From: Amoebidium appalachense
Lineage: Eukaryota > Protista > Ichthyosporea
Assembly: GCA_963693365.1 (NCBI GenBank)
Contig: CAVNZM010000007.1
Span: 977,979 to 1,041,978 of the forward strand
DNA length: 64,000 nucleotides
Direction: 5' to 3'
Within the stretch, counting starts at the first letter, position 1, and each line of letters starts with the position of its first letter. The notes beneath the pieces are model-generated. The model was not told the origin of the DNA. It worked only from the letters and a program-made list of their open reading frames with translations, and ran no database searches. This document shows, in pieces, positions 26,769 through 64,000 of the stretch. Made by a program: the position numbers and the translations under genes.

Positions 26769-26982
26769 CCCCGGGGGGCAGGGAGGGAGGGGAGGGAGGG
26801 GGGAGAGAGGGAGAGGGGGGGGGGGGGGGGGGGGGAGAGAGAGAGAGAGAGAGATATATATATATAGCTAGAGAGAGAGAGAGAGAAGCTATAGAAAGTG
26901 TACGCGTGGGAGGGAGGGACAGAGAGAAAGAGACAGAGGGGCGGCTGGGATTTGAAAGGGTTGGGTGGGGGGGGAGGTGTGT

Positions 26983-27013
<31 letters not shown>

Positions 27014-27396
27014 GGGGGGGGGCGGTAAGGGCCTCAAAATAGCTTTGAAAGGGGTGGTGTGTATGTGTGTGTGTGTGTGTGTATGTGTGTGTGTGTTTGG
27101 GGGGTGGGGGGTGTGGGGGGGGGGGAGGGGGGGGGGGGGGCAGGGGGAGAGGAGGGGGGAGGGAAGGGCTAGTGTCAGAGGTCCCAAGAGAGGGAATGCA
27201 AGTACTAGTCTGCAGGTGTGGAAAATATGGCCGTGCGTGTGTGCACATGTAACCGTGACGTATGATGTGTGGCCGGTAGGGGTGGGTGGGTGGGTGGGGG
27301 GGGGGGAGAGCACGATCTATAGCTAAGGCATGCTCCCATAATGCGGTAATCGACAAGTCATGGACACCTACAGACAGCATAATGGATTTTGGGACT

Positions 27397-27630
27397 CGGC
27401 TGAGTTTGTAGCGATGTTATCACCCCTCAGGAGTGCTTTTTTTGCTGTTTTCTATACATTTTCTGAAAGCTTATACATGATTTTTACAAGATATAATATT
27501 AATATTCCTGCAGGCAGCGCAACAGCCAAAAAAGGTTACTAACTTAAAATGCAAGGGGACAAAACCAACCTTCTATGGTTAGCCACCTGCCAAAAATGGC
27601 GCGTAAATAATCGGTAATTTTGATTGGGTA
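27397..27630. repeat. Dispersed repeat, homologue of 10267-10490
   Basis: Collinear shared blocks, see 10267-10490. Confidence 0.6.
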
Positions 27631-28124
27631 ACACCTGCCATCAGGCTCGTACAAACTGTGATGCCGTTTATATAAACGCCTGAAACACTGCACGTGTGCA
27701 CACAATGGAACAACCAGCTTTATCAATTGTTTATTTTCATGTGTACATGGTACCAGTCATCTTTGGTCTCAAGCTATGTTGATGTTTTTTTTTTTGTTTT
27801 TTTTTGCCAGAGTTTTTTTTTGCCAAAGTTCACATTTATCATCTCACGACAGCTTCTCACGACACTTTAGTACTCTTGCTCGGCGTTTCCAAGCAGGGCA
27901 TATCATTTTCAAATAGACAGTAGGTCAGTCAAAACAAGATTCAATGATTACTCTTCAGTCAAGCTCAATCGTATTGATCAATAATACTAAACTTCAAAAG
28001 GTAGAAGTGGCAATTAGAATGCCGTGATGATGGCAGCCTAGCTGCCAACCCGCAGTACAACACTATCTTTCATGCTTCACCCACCAGAGTTACCACACAT
28101 GAATGTATCCTCTAGACAACCCCC

Positions 28125-28155
<31 letters not shown>

Positions 28156-28498
28156 AAAAAAAAAAAAAAACACCATAAAAAAACAAACCAAAAAAAAGGA
28201 AACCGAAAACACCACCACATATGGAGGTGACATGCACGTGCACGTGGGGAAAGTCATTCGCCACTCCAGCGACCCCCCTCCCCCCCATCCCTCCCTCCCC
28301 ACAAAAATAAAACCAAATAAAAATATTAAATTAAATAATTCAGTTAAGGTCAATCCGCCACTCCATGTATACCAAGGAGGAAGTTCGGAAAAAACCAAAG
28401 CTAACTGATCCCCCCAAAAAGACACACGTACAGAAGTAATCAGTGAAAATTAACGGACAACCCGGGCAGTTCCAGCGCAATAATGGGCCCATATGATC

Positions 28499-35354
<6,856 letters not shown>

Positions 35355-35830
35355 GCTGCTTGTTTGCTTCCCAGGCGCACCTAATACCGCATAAAAGGTG
35401 CTTGAAGTGGAACGACTCAGGGGTAAAAAATACTTCTCATGTGTGGGAGATGATGAACATACGGCCAAGCAAGAGCAACCATGCGTCCCAGAATCATGGG
35501 CAGGTTCATGCGTCTCGCCTTTACAGCAGCAATAACACTGCAGCAGAGTAGGTTCCAGCCTACGTGGAAAATCATCCAATTCGCTTTTACATCTACGGCG
35601 CATACTAATCTCTACAGCCTCCCTCGAGCTCTCTTCTTCAGATATGTACCTTGCATCAAACGACTCTGCCAGGCCTGCCTGACACTCAGCCAGGGCCCGT
35701 TGACGCGGCATTGTCCATGTTTTCAGTGATGACATGTGATTGGCTAAAAAACCACCAGTGACACAGGGTTGTGAATTTGGTGTTTCTAGATGGCCGTGAT
35801 TTTATGATAGCTTTCTAATCAGAATATTCA

Positions 35831-36138
35831 CTTCATTTTCACTTCGATCACTTTCCTTTCACATCAATTTTTTTTCCCGACTTTTCATCATGGCAGGTAT
35901 CTGTATAAGAGCTTTCGCTTCTTTCTTTTTGTGACTTCATTTTCACTTCGATCACTTTCCTTTCACATCAATTTCCCCCCCCCGACTTTTCATCATAGCA
36001 GGTATATAAGAGCTTTCGCTTCTTTCTTTTTGTGACTTCATTTTCAATTCGATCACTTTCCTTTCATGATCACATCAATTTTCCCCGACTTTTCATCATG
36101 GCAGGTATATAAGAGCTTTCGCTTCTTTCTTTTTGTGA
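35831..36138. repeat. ~100-bp unit triplicated in tandem
   Basis: CTTCATTTTCACTTCGATCACTTTCC...GAGCTTTCGCTTCTTTCTTTTTGTGA x3. Confidence 0.9.
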
Positions 36139-38221
36139 CGGGACTGAAGTCCGGTGCAGGGGGGATGACCTCCAGGCAGGTGCTGGCGCAACCGGGGTGG
36201 TGGTTGTTTCCTGCGGGCTGAAAGGAGCTGGTGAGCTACCTCTCTCCATCATGGTTCTGTCTTCGCGTCCTTTACCTGCCGGGGCGTGCGGATGGTACTC
36301 TGATGGCCGCGAGGCTTCTCGTTTAGGGGGTTGGCGGCCTTCTGGGTTAGCGACGGCACCCTTTTTCTATGATGGGGGGCACAACTAAGTTTTCTCCAAC
36401 TCTACGTTTTCTCCTTGGGGTGCACCTGCGGCTTGGTTGTCGTCTCCTCCGCGGCGTGCGCGTCCGGGGTAGTTTGTAGCCGACTGGGACGTCGAGAAGC
36501 TTCCTCAGCCGGCTACAGTTACGGGCCCTTGTGGTGGCAGTTAGCTCTATAGCCTTGATTTGTATACCCGCTTGCTTGGTAGTGTTGGTTCCTTTTGCAT
36601 CTCCCGTTACAGTTAGGCTACCTTGTTTGGCTGCTATTCTCCTTGGAGGGTTACTCCTGTCGCCGCGCCCCCTAAGGTAGTTTAAAATTTTGCAGTCTTA
36701 CATGTTCTGTATTGCTCTTTTGAAACCTCGTGTGCGGCTCCAGTGATAGAGTTTTGGCCTAGGGCTCTGTCTCTAGAGTAGTTACAGATGGCTTCCTTGC
36801 AGTTTGTAGCCTAGACATCTTCGTGGCTTTGATGGAGCAATCTAGCCATGCCCCAAGCTTCTCATTTTGTACCCTGCCATCGATGCTATTTACATGTTAA
36901 CGTACGCATTTACTCAAATTTCTGTGTGTTAACGTACGCGTTTCACTCAATGATTTCTGTGACTCAATTCATATTAGGTCACCTTTATGGAGGTTTTTTT
37001 TTGTTGTGGCAGCCGAGATATCAATTTATCGTTTTCACTCCTGCATTTAGTGTTTATTTGTATTTTTATACCTTTGGGTCGACGTCCGTATTCCAGTGAG
37101 CCTACTTCCCATTTGAGTGACTCGAAAATCGTCTCTCGAGATATCTGGGATATCTCTTTTTCGTGTCCTTCGAACATATGAGCACATCAATAAAGTCATT
37201 ATAATAAAATAAAAAATATTCACTTTACGTAAGTATTGGGCCAGAAAGTTGTAGAAATTGAAATGTCCCCCCCTCCCTCCCTAAACAAAAAACGAAAAGA
37301 AAAACCACAAAACAAACCCATATCGTAAAGGAGAAGTTAGACTTGTACCAGGAAACATAAAGCATTGAAAAGCTACGAAAACTTGTGTTCCGAAGTATGT
37401 GAACCCTATTGGAAGCTTTGATTTCCAAATTTTCCCAAACCTATTTCTCCGTTTTTGTCGTCAATTGTAACCATGTAACTTTCGCTGTCGGACAGAAAGG
37501 TGTAAAACAAATAAACAAATCTTGCAAAATATTCAAGTAGATATTTAAATTATAAGGCAGCATAAGTGTAGTAAACTAATTATATATATATATTATGTTT
37601 ATTTTGGCGGCTTTTAGGCGCATTAAATTGGTATTTATGCAAATATTGGAAACACAGCGAAGAACGATTGCATAGTATCCGCTCTACCAATCCGATGACG
37701 TGAAGTACCTACAAGGTCAATTCGACAACACTCTCTACCTTTCGCATATGTAATACTTCATAAATAAGGAACATGTAAGCTCGAACAAAGAGATTTTATA
37801 CAGACTTACATAAAACGTTATTGTACTGGTGTATCACCTTATACTACATGCATTCGTCCGATGGGAAATACATACCGTCGATGTTTTTGCCCTACATATC
37901 CAATTAGGGTACAGAGCTACCTACCATATATGGGAATTATTTTCGCGCCAAAATCTTCTTCGATCACGTAACCTGGCTCATGACACTGACACGACCCCTT
38001 GCGCTTTTGCACACACTTCCAGACTGCTTTGTTTGTCTTCTTTACCCTCTTGAAACCATCACCTGAATTTATTTGAATTCATCACCTGAATTTATTTGAA
38101 TTTATTTGAATCATCTATACATAGGACGGATAGCACTACAATCGCTCTGCATCTTCCACAACCAACTCCCACTATGCATTCTATCGTCACCCAACTAGTT
38201 TAGTTGTTGTTGTGGTGAAAC

Positions 38222-63603
<25,382 letters not shown>

Positions 63604-63624
<21 letters not shown>

Positions 63625-63812
63625 GTATGTGTGTGGTTATGCCCACTGCACTTATCCGGTTATGTGTGCTCATACCCACTGCACTTATCCGGGTATGTGT
63701 GGTTATACCCACTGCACTTATCCGGGTATGTGTGTGGTTATGCCCACTGCACTTATCCGGGTATGTGTGGTTATACCCACTGCACTTATACGGGTATGTG
63801 TGTGGTTATGCC
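63604..63812 (+). repeat. 33-35-bp minisatellite x6 containing an exon end plus splice donor
   Basis: Unit AT(A/G)CCCACTGCACTTATCCGG|GTATGTGTG(TG)GTT; the first copy spans the inferred PRKDC exon end at 63624. Confidence 0.9.
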
Positions 63813-64000
63813 GGTATTAATGGCACTGCACCATAGACCTGAGTACAATGACTAAAGAGGCCTCATAGTAAAAAATCCGTCAATATACATAACGTTTATT
63901 CCCCGGCTGTGAAATGTGCTTTATCAAAGGCTGATATGGTATGCAAAGTGTTGATGCAAGAGCAATTTATTTGACGTGTCATGCGCCAATCAACCATTCC

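Overview
Eukaryotic, intron-rich genomic DNA saturated with microsatellites ((CA)n/(GT)n, (AG)n) and long poly-C/poly-G tracts. Almost all ORFs in the supplied track are repeat artefacts; the real genes are split into short exons. Splicing GT..AG junctions by hand, I reconstructed four protein-coding genes: (1) a divergent Ras-family GTPase (minus, ~2626-7580, 5' exons uncertain); (2) a complete 16-exon Sec23 (minus, 9925-23298, 763 aa); (3) a 9-exon gene fusing RI-like leucine-rich repeats to a haemolysin-III/PAQR 7TM domain (minus, 28499-35354); (4) the first ~34 exons (~1,300 aa) of DNA-PKcs/PRKDC (plus, from 38222, running off the window). Animal-like Sec23 and DNA-PKcs suggest an opisthokont, possibly a unicellular holozoan (inference only). 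Most notable observations: sense-strand poly-C tracts sit directly after weak 5' splice sites while consensus-like donors tend to lack them; a ~106-bp element family is embedded in poly-C tracts; minisatellite arrays are built from splice-junction sequence; the LRR-HlyIII fusion; a GC-AG intron; several MITE-like or palindromic insertions. Homopolymer lengths may be inflated by sequencing error.
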